Origin: an uncultured Candidatus Saccharibacteria bacterium
GTDB taxonomy: Bacteria > Patescibacteriota > Minisyncoccia > Minisyncoccales > GWA2-38-27
Direction of reading: 5' to 3'
NCBI GenBank assembly: GCA_964469955.1
Contig: CAYXZK010000005.1
Location: 1-45,409, forward strand
Length of the DNA stretch: 45,409 nucleotides
In this document: positions 17,350 to 26,881 of the stretch, one piece after another
Layout of the letters: every line of letters begins with the position of its first letter
How positions within the stretch are numbered: the stretch's first letter is position 1
Translations under genes and position numbers: made by a program
The notes under the pieces: model-generated
What the model saw: the letters and a program-made list of their open reading frames with translations, nothing else
The model's database searches: none
Told to the model about the DNA's origin: nothing

Positions 17350-19461
17350 ATGAAACTCATTATAGTGGAAAGCCCAACAAAATCTAAAACAATTGAAAAA
17401 TTTTTAGGTTCGGAATATTCAGTGCTTTCGTCTTTTGGGCATACACGCGATTTACCTAAAAGTGAGATTGGAATTGATTTTGAAAATAACCTTAAGCCAA
17501 AATACATTATTCCTCTAAAAGCAAGAAAAACCGTACGCGCGTTAAAAGAAAAAGCCCAAAAAGCCGAAACCATTATACTCGCAAGCGATGAAGATAGAGA
17601 GGGAGAAGCAATTGCCTGGCATCTTGTTCAATCTTTAGAATTAGATAAAACCAAAAAAGGAAATAAAAAAAGTAAAAATTATGAAAGAATCGCTTTTCAT
17701 GAGATTACCAAAACAGCCATTGAACAAGCTCTTAAAAATCCCAGAGAAATTAATCAGAATTTAGTTGACGCGCAACAAGCGCGCCGAATTTTAGATAGAA
17801 TTGTCGGATACAAACTTTCCCCATTTCTGTGGAAAAAGGTCGCACGAAATCTGTCGGCCGGAAGAGTTCAGTCTATTGTTGTTAAATTAGTTGTTGACAG
17901 AGAAAAAGAAATTAAAGATTTCAGACCAATAGAATATTGGAGCATTGAAGCTTTGCTTAAAAAACAAGATGGCGCTCAAGTTAAAATTAATGATGTTGAG
18001 TTTAACTCCTTGCTTATCAAGAAAAACAATAAAGCCATATCAAAATTTGATATTAAAGATAAAAAACAAGCAGATAAAATTTTAGAAGATTTACGAAATT
18101 CCAGATACGCAATTAAAAAAATAGAAAAAAAAGAAATAAGAAGAAGTCCTTTGCCACCTTTTACGACAAGCACGCTCCAACAAGAAGCTTGGAAAAGATT
18201 AAGATTTCCCGCAAAATTTACAATGGGAGTCGCTCAAAAATTATACGAGAAAGGATTCATCACTTACCATAGAACAGATTCCCTGAACCTTTCCCAACAA
18301 TCTTTATTTGCCGTAAAAAAATTTATAGAAAAAGATTTTGGTAAAAAATATTGGGCTGGCTTCTTCAGGAAATATAAAGCAAAATCAAGAGCCCAAGAAG
18401 CCCATGAAGCAATCAGGCCAACTTTTCCAGATAAAACCCCAGATGGATTAAAAGACAAGGCAAAACTAGACAACAATCAAAACAAACTCTATGATCTTAT
18501 CTGGCGTAGATTCACCGCGTCTCAAATGGCTCAAGCTATTTTTGATTCTACGAGCGTAGAAATTGAAGCAACAAATATTGAAAAAAAATCAACCAATAAA
18601 TACATTTTTAAAGTCAATGGACAAATGTTAAAATTTAATGGATTTTTGAAAGTTTACCCTATTAAATTTAAAGAAAATGAGCTACCATCATTAGGGGAAA
18701 AGGAAGTTTTAAGATTAATAAAACTTTCATCTTTAGAACACTTTACGCAACCACCTGCTAGGTACAATGAAGCAACCTTAATTAAAGCTTTGGAAGAAAA
18801 CGGAATTGGCAGACCATCAACTTACGCTCCAGTATTATCAACAGTTCAAGCAAGAAATTATATTGAAAAAGACGAACAAAAAAAATTCAAGCCAACTGAA
18901 ATAGGATTGATAGTTAATGATATGCTTGTAAAGCATTTCCCTAACATTGTAGATATTAAATTTACAGCTAATATGGAAGAAGATTTAGATAAAATCGCTT
19001 CGGGTGAACAAAAATGGGTAAAAGTTTGCGAAACTTTCTATAGACCATTTGAAAAAAACCTTGCGGAAAAATACAAAGAAGTTGAGAAAAAAGATATCAC
19101 AGACAAACCAACTAACAAAAAATGCCCTAAGTGCGGAGCGCCTTTATTGATTAAATTAGGCAAGTTTGGAAAATTTTACGCTTGCTCTAAATTTCCTAAA
19201 TGTAGATACACTGAATCACTCAAAGAAAATTCTTTAAAAATAAAATGCCCAAAATGCAATAAAGGTAATATTGTTGAAAAAAGAACCAAAAAGGGAAAAA
19301 TATTTTACGGATGCGATCAATTTCCAAAATGTGATTTTGCTTTATGGGATAAGCCAACAGGAGAAAAATGCCCTGAATGCGGTTCTCTCTTGATTCAAAA
19401 AGGGAAAAAAATAAAATGCTCTAACAAAAATTGTCTTTTTGAAAAAAATGTGACAAAGTGA
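17350..19461 (+). CDS. topA: DNA topoisomerase I (type IA) with C-terminal zinc ribbons
   Basis: IVESPTK, ASDEDREGE, SAGRVQS, ITYHRTDS, AHEAIRP; CxxC ribbons. Confidence 0.98.
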   Translation: MKLIIVESPTKSKTIEKFLGSEYSVLSSFGHTRDLPKSEIGIDFENNLKPKYIIPLKARKTVRALKEKAQKAETIILASDEDREGEAIAWHLVQSLELDKTKKGNKKSKNYERIAFHEITKTAIEQALKNPREINQNLVDAQQARRILDRIVGYKLSPFLWKKVARNLSAGRVQSIVVKLVVDREKEIKDFRPIEYWSIEALLKKQDGAQVKINDVEFNSLLIKKNNKAISKFDIKDKKQADKILEDLRNSRYAIKKIEKKEIRRSPLPPFTTSTLQQEAWKRLRFPAKFTMGVAQKLYEKGFITYHRTDSLNLSQQSLFAVKKFIEKDFGKKYWAGFFRKYKAKSRAQEAHEAIRPTFPDKTPDGLKDKAKLDNNQNKLYDLIWRRFTASQMAQAIFDSTSVEIEATNIEKKSTNKYIFKVNGQMLKFNGFLKVYPIKFKENELPSLGEKEVLRLIKLSSLEHFTQPPARYNEATLIKALEENGIGRPSTYAPVLSTVQARNYIEKDEQKKFKPTEIGLIVNDMLVKHFPNIVDIKFTANMEEDLDKIASGEQKWVKVCETFYRPFEKNLAEKYKEVEKKDITDKPTNKKCPKCGAPLLIKLGKFGKFYACSKFPKCRYTESLKENSLKIKCPKCNKGNIVEKRTKKGKIFYGCDQFPKCDFALWDKPTGEKCPECGSLLIQKGKKIKCSNKNCLFEKNVTK

Positions 19462-19490
19462 TCAATGCATATAGTTATCTCGGCAACTAT

Positions 19491-19575
19491 GCCGGAGTGG
19501 TGAAACTTGGTAAACACGCGGCACTCAAAATGCCGTGGGCGTAAGCCCTTGAGGGTTCAAATCCCTCTTCCGGCA
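19491..19575 (+). tRNA. tRNA-Leu(CAA)
   Basis: Acceptor GCCGGAG/TTCCGGC-A, anticodon arm CGGCA-CTCAAAA-TGCCG, long variable arm GGGC-GTAA-GCCC, T arm GAGGG-TTCAAAT-CCCTC; CCA not encoded. Confidence 0.97.
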
Positions 19576-19576
19576 C

Positions 19577-19909
19577 ATGCAAGGATATTTTCATGTTACT
19601 CGTCTTAATAAAAATAAAAATCTGCAATCATATATTATAGGGTTGGCTATTGGTGATGGCAATCTTTCCAACTCAAACGGCAAAGCAACTCGCTTAAGGA
19701 TTACTTGTGATACAAAATACCCTTTACTTATCCAAAAAATTATTAATAATTTAAAATTATTACTACCCGACAATAAAGTAAGTATCGTTGAACGCAAAGA
19801 CGCTTGTATCGATATCAGTGTCTTTTCAAATCATTTAGAAAAACTGCTTGGCTGGAAAGCTAAAAATGTATCAAAATTTTTAGATTTAATATGCCCAGAA
19901 AAGAAATAA
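19577..19909 (+). CDS. LAGLIDADG homing-endonuclease-like protein, single motif, probably truncated
   Basis: 'SYIIGLAIGDGNL' LAGLIDADG helix followed by 'RLRITCD'; starts 1 nt after the tRNA; only 110 aa. Confidence 0.7.
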   Translation: MQGYFHVTRLNKNKNLQSYIIGLAIGDGNLSNSNGKATRLRITCDTKYPLLIQKIINNLKLLLPDNKVSIVERKDACIDISVFSNHLEKLLGWKAKNVSKFLDLICPEKK

Positions 19910-19984
19910 AATTTTCTGTGGTATTATTTACATTATTAAAAATTTACATGGATCCCCTCCTCACCCGATAAAATGAGACAATAG

Positions 19985-20001
19985 GTCCCACCCGCGGCAC
20001 A
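19985..20001 (+). other. Probable 3'-end remnant of a tRNA (Leu-like)
   Basis: GTCCCACCCGCGGCAC reads as T-arm 3' strand plus acceptor strand; shares CGGCACAT with the tRNA-Leu end at 19571-19578. Confidence 0.5.
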
Positions 20002-20036
20002 TATATTTTTAAAAAAATTTTACAGATTATTTTTTT

Positions 20037-20070
20037 ACAGAAATTCTTTGGGATTTCTGTTTTTATTTTT
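20037..20070 (+). terminator. Intrinsic terminator
   Basis: ACAGAAATTC-TTTG-GGATTTCTGT followed by TTTTATTTTT. Confidence 0.7.
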
Positions 20071-20175
20071 GCGCAAATTGACTTTTTTAAGAATTATGGC
20101 AATATAAAAATCAGCTAAAAGAATAACACAATGTTATTTTTTGTTAAAAATTTAATAAAAAAAGGAGGTATTGTT

Positions 20176-21261
20176 ATGGAACATTCAAATCGTTTTAATT
20201 CTTATAAAAATAGCGAAGGTAGAACCGGAAAAAATCAGATAGTAGAATTCACTCATCCTATTGATGTAAACGCAGAGCAGGTTAAAGATTTTTTACAGAC
20301 GAATATCCGCACGATTAATATTCCAACTACCAAACAAGTGAATGTGGGTCATGGCGCTTATAGCCAATATAGCCGTTATGAAATCACGCAACACGATTAT
20401 GCTGGCGGTATGACGGGCTATATTGAACTTTTAGAAATCAAGAATCCACCCGATAATCGCTGTGGCATTATTATTAATGAATATATGGACAACTTTACTG
20501 AATGGGAAACGCTTGAAAATGCTCGCGCCGCTTTTAAGAAATATTGGGCATGGCGTAGTACTAATTCTTACAAGCTTCTTGGTTTTAAACGCCAAGTTGT
20601 CTGCGAAGCTCTTACTCCATGGTTTTATGCTATTGGAGACGAAGAACTCATTGGCGATTATGTTCTTCCCAAAAATCTGCAAGATGACCCAGTATATCGT
20701 CTTGGAAAAAAATTTGTTGTTTTTGACAATGATTTACCAGTAATAAAAACCTGTATAGGCACATGCCTAAGAAGGGAAGAGCGGTCCTATTATCCTCATG
20801 AAGAATACGAATATCGCACTGTTTATTGGGATGATGGCAGCGTTTGGAAAGAAGAGCTTACTTCTGGCAAAGCTCTGCCCCGACCCTTAGAACAAGGTGA
20901 AATGTGGATAACGGAAGCAATCCAGCAATTCAAGCAATTGCTTGCTGGTAAAAGAACAGAATTTAATATTAATTTTACCAACAATAATAAATTTGTTGGC
21001 AAATTAGTAACAAACAAGAAAATGTTCCTTTGCGCAGAGGGCGATTATCTTTTAGTTGTCAAACTTAAGGTTGAGAAAAACCCTTTAGAGGGATGGGTTA
21101 CTGATTTTAATCCCACGCAGGAAGCTCCTAATGTCATACAGTATGTTACTCAACGCTTCGCGCAAAACGAAAAAGAAGTTGAGTGGATTAAGGTCAAACA
21201 ACGGAAGGTAAAAAAGGGAGGCAAGAAATGGTCAGGTGTCTTTCTCTATTCCTCTCCTTAA
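20176..21261 (+). CDS. Hypothetical cytoplasmic protein (~361 aa)
   Basis: Long ORF; SD AAAGGAGGT before ATG at 20176; own terminator; no recognised motif. Confidence 0.8.
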   Translation: MEHSNRFNSYKNSEGRTGKNQIVEFTHPIDVNAEQVKDFLQTNIRTINIPTTKQVNVGHGAYSQYSRYEITQHDYAGGMTGYIELLEIKNPPDNRCGIIINEYMDNFTEWETLENARAAFKKYWAWRSTNSYKLLGFKRQVVCEALTPWFYAIGDEELIGDYVLPKNLQDDPVYRLGKKFVVFDNDLPVIKTCIGTCLRREERSYYPHEEYEYRTVYWDDGSVWKEELTSGKALPRPLEQGEMWITEAIQQFKQLLAGKRTEFNINFTNNNKFVGKLVTNKKMFLCAEGDYLLVVKLKVEKNPLEGWVTDFNPTQEAPNVIQYVTQRFAQNEKEVEWIKVKQRKVKKGGKKWSGVFLYSSP

Positions 21262-21278
21262 TTCAAAATAAGTAATTC

Positions 21279-21323
21279 AGCCACGAATAGTTTTTACACT
21301 AAAAACTATCCGTGGCTTTTTTT
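21279..21323 (+). terminator. Intrinsic terminator
   Basis: AGCCACGAATAGTTTTTA-CAC-TAAAAACTATCCGTGGCT followed by a T run. Confidence 0.8.
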
Positions 21324-21409
21324 ATAAAAACAATAAAAAATTTAATATCAAATTTAAAAATTTTGTTTGTAAAATTTATTGTAATTAGTTAATATTAATT
21401 AATAGAAAA

Positions 21410-22102
21410 ATGAAGCGAAAAAAATTCTCTAATATCGTATTCGTCCTTTTCGTGATTGCGATTATTGGCACAATCTTTTATTTAAACTTAAATCAAGAAG
21501 AAAAAGAACCTCTTGGCAAGCAAGCGCAAAACTCCTTTTTTACAGAAGAGGAAGAAGAAAATTCGAAGATAGCTAATATTGATTGGGAAGACTTAATTCC
21601 AGAGATTCAAATAATTATTGACGAACAATTACACAAAGGAATGAAGATTGAAACAATGCGACCCATTAGGATTGCTGAAGAAAAAGATATCACTGGAAAC
21701 GGATTGCCAGAAGCGCTTGTTTATTTAGGCACAGGTGGAGCCGCGACAGATTCTTTTACTTTAGTTAGAATTGAAAAAAATAAACCAGTTATAGCAGAAT
21801 TTAGAGAAAGAAATGGCAATGTTTCTTTTCTTACTTTTTTGTCAGGCACTGGTGGTTCTGGAAGATATGGATTAGACGTCGCAATGATTGAAAAAGAAAA
21901 CGCAATTTGTTCAACCAGTTTTCTGGCCTATCAAAACGAAAGCGACTATTGCCGCGCCGAAGCATATCAATGGAATCCGCAGACTAAAATTTTTGAATTC
22001 AATCCGGATTTAAGTACTGAAATTGAAAAAGAGTATTGTTCAAATCTTTGCGCCAGTATACCATCAGGTTTAGAAGAATACTTTCAAAAGGTTTGCAAGT
22101 AA
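21410..22102 (+). CDS. Membrane-anchored extracytoplasmic hypothetical protein
   Basis: N-terminal TM helix; 'DITGNGLPEALV' resembles a Dx[DN]xDG calcium loop; five C-terminal Cys. Confidence 0.75.
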   Translation: MKRKKFSNIVFVLFVIAIIGTIFYLNLNQEEKEPLGKQAQNSFFTEEEEENSKIANIDWEDLIPEIQIIIDEQLHKGMKIETMRPIRIAEEKDITGNGLPEALVYLGTGGAATDSFTLVRIEKNKPVIAEFRERNGNVSFLTFLSGTGGSGRYGLDVAMIEKENAICSTSFLAYQNESDYCRAEAYQWNPQTKIFEFNPDLSTEIEKEYCSNLCASIPSGLEEYFQKVCK

Positions 22103-22132
22103 ACGATAAAAACATATAAGACAGACCAAAAC

Positions 22133-22159
22133 AAAAATGCCTCAAATGAGGCATTTTTT
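22133..22159. terminator. Bidirectional intrinsic terminator between convergent genes
   Basis: AAAAATGCCTCA-AA-TGAGGCATTTTTT. Confidence 0.8.
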
Positions 22160-22235
22160 GTTAATTTACGCTAATTTTCTAGATGTTATGAAATATAAAA
22201 AATGACGAATTTAGAATATAAAAAATTAAAAAAAA

Positions 22236-22805
22236 TTATGGAATTATCGTTCTTGCTATTTCCGCAAAAATTGCCCTCATACTACCTTTTTTTAATTCAT
22301 GAACGAACTCGTCCATTTTTATAGAGGGATTTTTATTAAAAATTATATTAACTATAGCTGTTAAATCTTTTTTCGAAAAGGGGGTAATATTAATTTTAAA
22401 CGGATCTCGAGAAAATTTTTCATTATTGTATAACGCTAAAAATAAATTCTCTTTTCTTACTGGCCCATTTGGATTATGTATTACTGTCTTCATTTCCGTT
22501 ATATCTGAAATCGAAAATACTCTGTTCCGGAAAAAATGATTATAAAAAATTGTATCTTCCATAACAATAATCTCGTATGAATTAATATATCGATACATAA
22601 AAACCAGTATAAGAACCGTCACAATAATTATAACAATAGATGACCCAAAACTAAATGAACCTCCTGGATTAAGGTCATAATGAATAAATATAATTGCCTC
22701 ACCAACAACAGGCAAAGTCATTAAAAAGATAAGTAACTTTAACCTAAATTTTCCTCTAGCAATATACGGCAATGAATAATTTTCTTCGCTATTTTGGTAT
22801 TTCAT
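22236..22805 (-). CDS. Hypothetical membrane protein (2 TM plus possible bacterial PH-like domain)
   Basis: Two hydrophobic helices, then a 'YEIIV.EDTIFY..FF...FSISDI' beta-rich region. Confidence 0.6.
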   Translation of the reverse strand: MKYQNSEENYSLPYIARGKFRLKLLIFLMTLPVVGEAIIFIHYDLNPGGSFSFGSSIVIIIVTVLILVFMYRYINSYEIIVMEDTIFYNHFFRNRVFSISDITEMKTVIHNPNGPVRKENLFLALYNNEKFSRDPFKINITPFSKKDLTAIVNIIFNKNPSIKMDEFVHELKKGSMRAIFAEIARTIIP

Positions 22806-22814
22806 CTTGGTTTC

Positions 22815-23327
22815 TTAAAATCGAGTTTTGAGTATTTTCCAGATTTTATTTATTAATAAGCCCGAAAGGATTCCGATAATTGCTCCTGCTAAGATATCTA
22901 ACGGCCAATGGATGCCACAGAAAATTCTGGCTAAAGAAATTAAAAGCGCGAATACAAAAAAGAAAATACCTGTTTTCTTGTTATATAAAAAAACAAGCGT
23001 AGCTATGGCGAAAAAGAAAGCGGCGTGACCAGAAGGAAAAGAAGCCGCGTCATGGGTGATAAGCAAATTAACATTATTATTAACAAATGGTCTTGGCCTT
23101 GCCCAAAACCAACGAATGGCTTCTACAACAATCAGTCTTGAAAAAAAGGCAGACCCAAGCGCAAGAATAACCATTTGCCAATATTTATGAAATTTTATAA
23201 ACAAAAATACAAACAAAGAAGCAACTACGATATATTGAAAATATTCAGCTAGAAAAATGGCTAAATTGTCTAACAAAGACCATTTTAAAGCAAATTTATT
23301 AATCAGTGTGAAAAAATACAAATCCAT
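22815..23327 (-). CDS. PAP2-family phosphatase (BcrC-like undecaprenyl-diphosphatase)
   Basis: RPRPF, SFPSGH, ARIFCGIHWPLDI. Confidence 0.92.
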   Translation of the reverse strand: MDLYFFTLINKFALKWSLLDNLAIFLAEYFQYIVVASLFVFLFIKFHKYWQMVILALGSAFFSRLIVVEAIRWFWARPRPFVNNNVNLLITHDAASFPSGHAAFFFAIATLVFLYNKKTGIFFFVFALLISLARIFCGIHWPLDILAGAIIGILSGLLINKIWKILKTRF

Positions 23328-23336
23328 TGCCTTAGA

Positions 23337-24170
23337 TTAAAAACTATTCAATGTTACTAAGTTTTGAAGCAGAGAAGCGACTGTCATAGGCCCAACTCCA
23401 CCTGGGACCGGAGCTATAAAACTAGCTTTTTTAGAAACGCTTTTAATATCAATATCCCCTATTAATTTATCACCTTGCTGACAAGTTCCAGCATCAATCA
23501 AAATTGCTCCTTTTTTTATCATTTTACCTGTAATAAGATTGGGTTTGCCTGTTCCAGAAATTATGATATCGGCATTTTTAGTAAAAAAAGAAATATTCTT
23601 AACAAACTTATCAACAACTATTACTGCAGACTTTTCTCTTAATAACCAAACAGTAGCAGGATATCCAACTAGCCTGCCTGCTCCAACCACAACAACATTT
23701 TTACCCCGTAATGTTACTTTATACTCTTTTAAAAGATTGCTAATACCTTGAACAGTTGGAGGCAGAATAGGCGAAACCCCACTATAAAATTTACCTATGC
23801 CTATTTCAGAGAGAACATCTATGTCTTTTTTAAAAGATATCAAGTTAAAAACCTCTTGAGAATCTAAGCGTTGTGGTAAAGGAAGCTGAAGAACTATTCC
23901 GGAAATAGAATGATTCCTATCAATTTTTTTGATTTCTCTTTTAAGCTCTATTAACTTGGTCTTTGCGGTAAAGTTGAATAATTGAAAATCAATTCCTGTC
24001 TTTTCGCACGCTTTCTGTTTTTCACGCGCAAAGATTTCAGAAACTTTATTATTTCCAACTAAAACTACTCCTAATTTTAATCTTAGTTTTTTTGCTTTTA
24101 TTTTGTTTTCAAGATTTCTTAGAATCTTTTTAGATAATTTTTTACCATCTAAAAATTGCATACTCTTCAT
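23337..24170 (-). CDS. folD: Methylenetetrahydrofolate dehydrogenase/cyclohydrolase
   Basis: GIVLQLPLP, KDIDV, VGAGRLVG, PVPGGVGPMTV. Confidence 0.95.
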   Translation of the reverse strand: MKSMQFLDGKKLSKKILRNLENKIKAKKLRLKLGVVLVGNNKVSEIFAREKQKACEKTGIDFQLFNFTAKTKLIELKREIKKIDRNHSISGIVLQLPLPQRLDSQEVFNLISFKKDIDVLSEIGIGKFYSGVSPILPPTVQGISNLLKEYKVTLRGKNVVVVGAGRLVGYPATVWLLREKSAVIVVDKFVKNISFFTKNADIIISGTGKPNLITGKMIKKGAILIDAGTCQQGDKLIGDIDIKSVSKKASFIAPVPGGVGPMTVASLLQNLVTLNSF

Positions 24171-25414
24171 TATTTAGGTAAAGAAAATTTTTTACAAAGT
24201 TCCTCAACCTCTTTTTTAACTTTTAGATAAGATTTCGGCTTAGCGATAACTCTATTGATAAAAGAAGCAATAGTTTTCATTTCTTTTTCCTTCATTCCTC
24301 TAGTTGTTAAGGCAGGTGTTCCTAATCTAATACCAGAAGGGTTAAAGGCAGAATTAGTATCAAATGGAATCGTGTTTTTATTAACCGTAATACCTGCTTT
24401 TTCCAATCTATCTTGAGCTTCTTGGCCTGAAACCTTTTTGTTTCTTAAATCAATTAAAATTAAATGATTTTCAGTTCCGCCTGTTACTAAATTAAAGCCA
24501 TATTTTAAAAGTTCTGAAGCTAATATCGCGGAATTCTTAACAACTTGTTTCCCATATTTTTTAAAATCAGGTTGAGACGCTTCTTGCAAGCAAACTGCTA
24601 TGGCGGCAATATTGTTTTCATGCGGCCCTCCTTGCAAACCCGGAAAAACAGCTTGGTCAATTTTTTTAATAAGATTTGCGTCTTTTTGGATCCCCTTTTT
24701 TGTAATCATTATTATCCCACCCCTAGGTCCCCGTAGAGTTTTATGAGTAGTGGTTGAAATTATATGGACGTAAGGCGCAGGACTCGGATGAACCCCAGCA
24801 ACAATTAAACCAGCGATGTGGGAAATATCAGCAGCCAAATAAGCTTCAACAGATTCGGCAATCTTAGCTAATTTCTCCCAATCAAAAATCCGCGGATAAG
24901 CAGTTGCCCCAATCCAGATAAGCTTTGGTTTTGCTTTTTGGGCTAATGCTTCTATGTCTTTATAATTAAAAAGATTTGTTTTTTGGTCAAGGCCATATTG
25001 CATTGAATTATAGTATTTAGCAGAAAAATTTACTTTCCACCCATGCGTCAGGTGTCCTCCATCTAAAAGAGACATTCCCATTACAGTATCTCTTGGATTG
25101 CAAACGGCGAAATAAACCGCTTGATTAGCAGGCGAACCAGAATAAGGCTGAACATTCGCGTAAGAAACTTTAAATAATTTCTTGGCTCGTTGTTGGCAAA
25201 GAGTTTCTATTCTATCGTAAAATTCCAACCCAGCGTAATATCTTTTGCCGGGATAGCCTTCAGCGTATTTATCGGTTAAAACTGAACTCAAAACAGACCT
25301 AACCGCTGAAGACGTATGGTTTTCAGAAGGAATCATTTCCAAAGTTGTTTTTTGCCTTTTTTCTTCTTTTTCTATTAATTCCGCGATTTTAGGATCAATT
25401 TTTTGAATATTCAT
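24170..25414 (-). CDS. glyA: Serine hydroxymethyltransferase
   Basis: PSENH, KYAEGYPGKRYY, GGHLTHG, TTTHKTLRGPRGG. Confidence 0.98.
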   Translation of the reverse strand: MNIQKIDPKIAELIEKEEKRQKTTLEMIPSENHTSSAVRSVLSSVLTDKYAEGYPGKRYYAGLEFYDRIETLCQQRAKKLFKVSYANVQPYSGSPANQAVYFAVCNPRDTVMGMSLLDGGHLTHGWKVNFSAKYYNSMQYGLDQKTNLFNYKDIEALAQKAKPKLIWIGATAYPRIFDWEKLAKIAESVEAYLAADISHIAGLIVAGVHPSPAPYVHIISTTTHKTLRGPRGGIIMITKKGIQKDANLIKKIDQAVFPGLQGGPHENNIAAIAVCLQEASQPDFKKYGKQVVKNSAILASELLKYGFNLVTGGTENHLILIDLRNKKVSGQEAQDRLEKAGITVNKNTIPFDTNSAFNPSGIRLGTPALTTRGMKEKEMKTIASFINRVIAKPKSYLKVKKEVEELCKKFSLPK

Positions 25415-25483
25415 TGTTTCTTAGTTTAAAATTATATATTTTTAGATAAGAACGAATTAAAACTTTGAAATGTGAACATCTTC

Positions 25484-26881
25484 TTATTTTCTTAAAATTT
25501 TTGGTTTTTTCTCGCTAAAATCAATAATAGTTGAAGGAAGATTTTCTGGTAGATTTCCAGCGTCTAACACCAAATCCGGTTTTATTTCCTGTTCTTCAAA
25601 TTGTTTTAAAATATCCTCGATTTTTGTTGAAGAATTCTTGCCAGAAACATTAGCAGAGGTTCCGATTAATGGTTTATTGATTTTTTCAATTATTTGAAGA
25701 ATCAATTTGTGGTTCGGAATTCTTAAGGCAACTGTTTTCTTTTTGCCAAATAATAACTTAGACAAACCAGATTTCTCTTTTTTGTTCAAAACCAGTGTTA
25801 TTTTTCCAGGCCAAATCTCTCTTAAAAGTTTTTCTATCTTCTTATCTATCTTAGCTATTCTTTTCGCCATTTCTATATCTTTTACGAAAACAGGCATTGC
25901 CTTTCTCTTGTCTCTCTGTTTTATTTCATAAATTTTTTCAACAGCTTTGTCGTTTCCAGCGTCCGCCAAAAGACCATAAACAGTATCTGTTGGAGAAACT
26001 ACAACCTGTCCTCTTTCTAAGAATTTTGCTGCTCTTTCGACAGAGTCCCTAGCCCTAAAAGAAATAGTTTCAAAACGTTTTTGTTTCCAGAAAAAATTTT
26101 TAAATTTTTTAAAAGACTTTAAAAAATAAGAAATCCTAATAACATCAGCTGGATTGCCAAAATCCAACCAATAATCTTTTATGGTTTTAATTTTAACTTT
26201 TTTTTCTTTGGCTAAAAGATTAATCGCATCCGTAATTTCATACTCTCCTCTGGAGGATTTCTGGATTTTTTCTAATTTCTCAAATATTTCATATGTAAAT
26301 TTATAGAGACCAACATTGATTAAATTTCCAACAAAATCTTTTGGCTTTTCTACGATTTTTTTTAAAAGGTCTTTATCACGTACAAGAACACCGTATTTTT
26401 CAGGGTTCTTATTGTAAACACCCGCTAAATAGTTGTACTTTCCATTTGTGTTAATTGCTTTTAGGTCTCGGGCAGAATAAAGATTATCTCCGCAAAGATA
26501 AACAAATTGGCTTTTTCCCACAATTTCTTCTTTGTTGTTGTTTTTAAAAGGACTCACGCACATTAAAGGACAAGCAGTGCCATATATTTTATTTTTAGGA
26601 CCCAAAATTTCATACTGACTAACTATTCTAATTCTGTATTGGCTTTTTCGTAAACTTTTAAGAGGTGGTTTATATTTTGCCAAGAAATCTTTTATTAATT
26701 CTTGTTTATAACCAACAATTAAAGTCAAGTCTCTGTATCCAGCTAGAAAAAGATTGTCTAATAAATACGCCAAGAACGGCCTTTTCTTCACATTAATAAG
26801 GTGTTTTGGTTTGCCGTTGGTAAGGTGCAACATACGGGTTCCTTCTCCAGCCGCAGCTATCACAACTTTTTTTATTTTCAT
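25484..26881 (-). CDS. tsaC: Fusion of sugar-phosphate nucleotidyltransferase (N-terminal) and TsaC/YrdC threonylcarbamoyl-AMP synthase (C-terminal)
   Basis: N half: AAAGEGTRM..KPK, GDN, VEKP, RGEYEITD, WLDFG. C half: PTDTVYGL, IYEIKQR, VALRIP, TSANVSG, PSTIID. Confidence 0.88.
   Translation of the reverse strand: MKIKKVVIAAAGEGTRMLHLTNGKPKHLINVKKRPFLAYLLDNLFLAGYRDLTLIVGYKQELIKDFLAKYKPPLKSLRKSQYRIRIVSQYEILGPKNKIYGTACPLMCVSPFKNNNKEEIVGKSQFVYLCGDNLYSARDLKAINTNGKYNYLAGVYNKNPEKYGVLVRDKDLLKKIVEKPKDFVGNLINVGLYKFTYEIFEKLEKIQKSSRGEYEITDAINLLAKEKKVKIKTIKDYWLDFGNPADVIRISYFLKSFKKFKNFFWKQKRFETISFRARDSVERAAKFLERGQVVVSPTDTVYGLLADAGNDKAVEKIYEIKQRDKRKAMPVFVKDIEMAKRIAKIDKKIEKLLREIWPGKITLVLNKKEKSGLSKLLFGKKKTVALRIPNHKLILQIIEKINKPLIGTSANVSGKNSSTKIEDILKQFEEQEIKPDLVLDAGNLPENLPSTIIDFSEKKPKILRK

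Noticed and set aside
19949-19961. TGGATCCCCTCCT resembles the 16S rRNA 3' end (TGGATCACCTCCT)
   Set aside because: Only 13 nt with a mismatch and no other rRNA sequence; chance match or another degraded tRNA end.
19491-22805. Prophage or integrative element at tRNA-Leu
   Set aside because: No integrase, phage genes or long att duplication visible.
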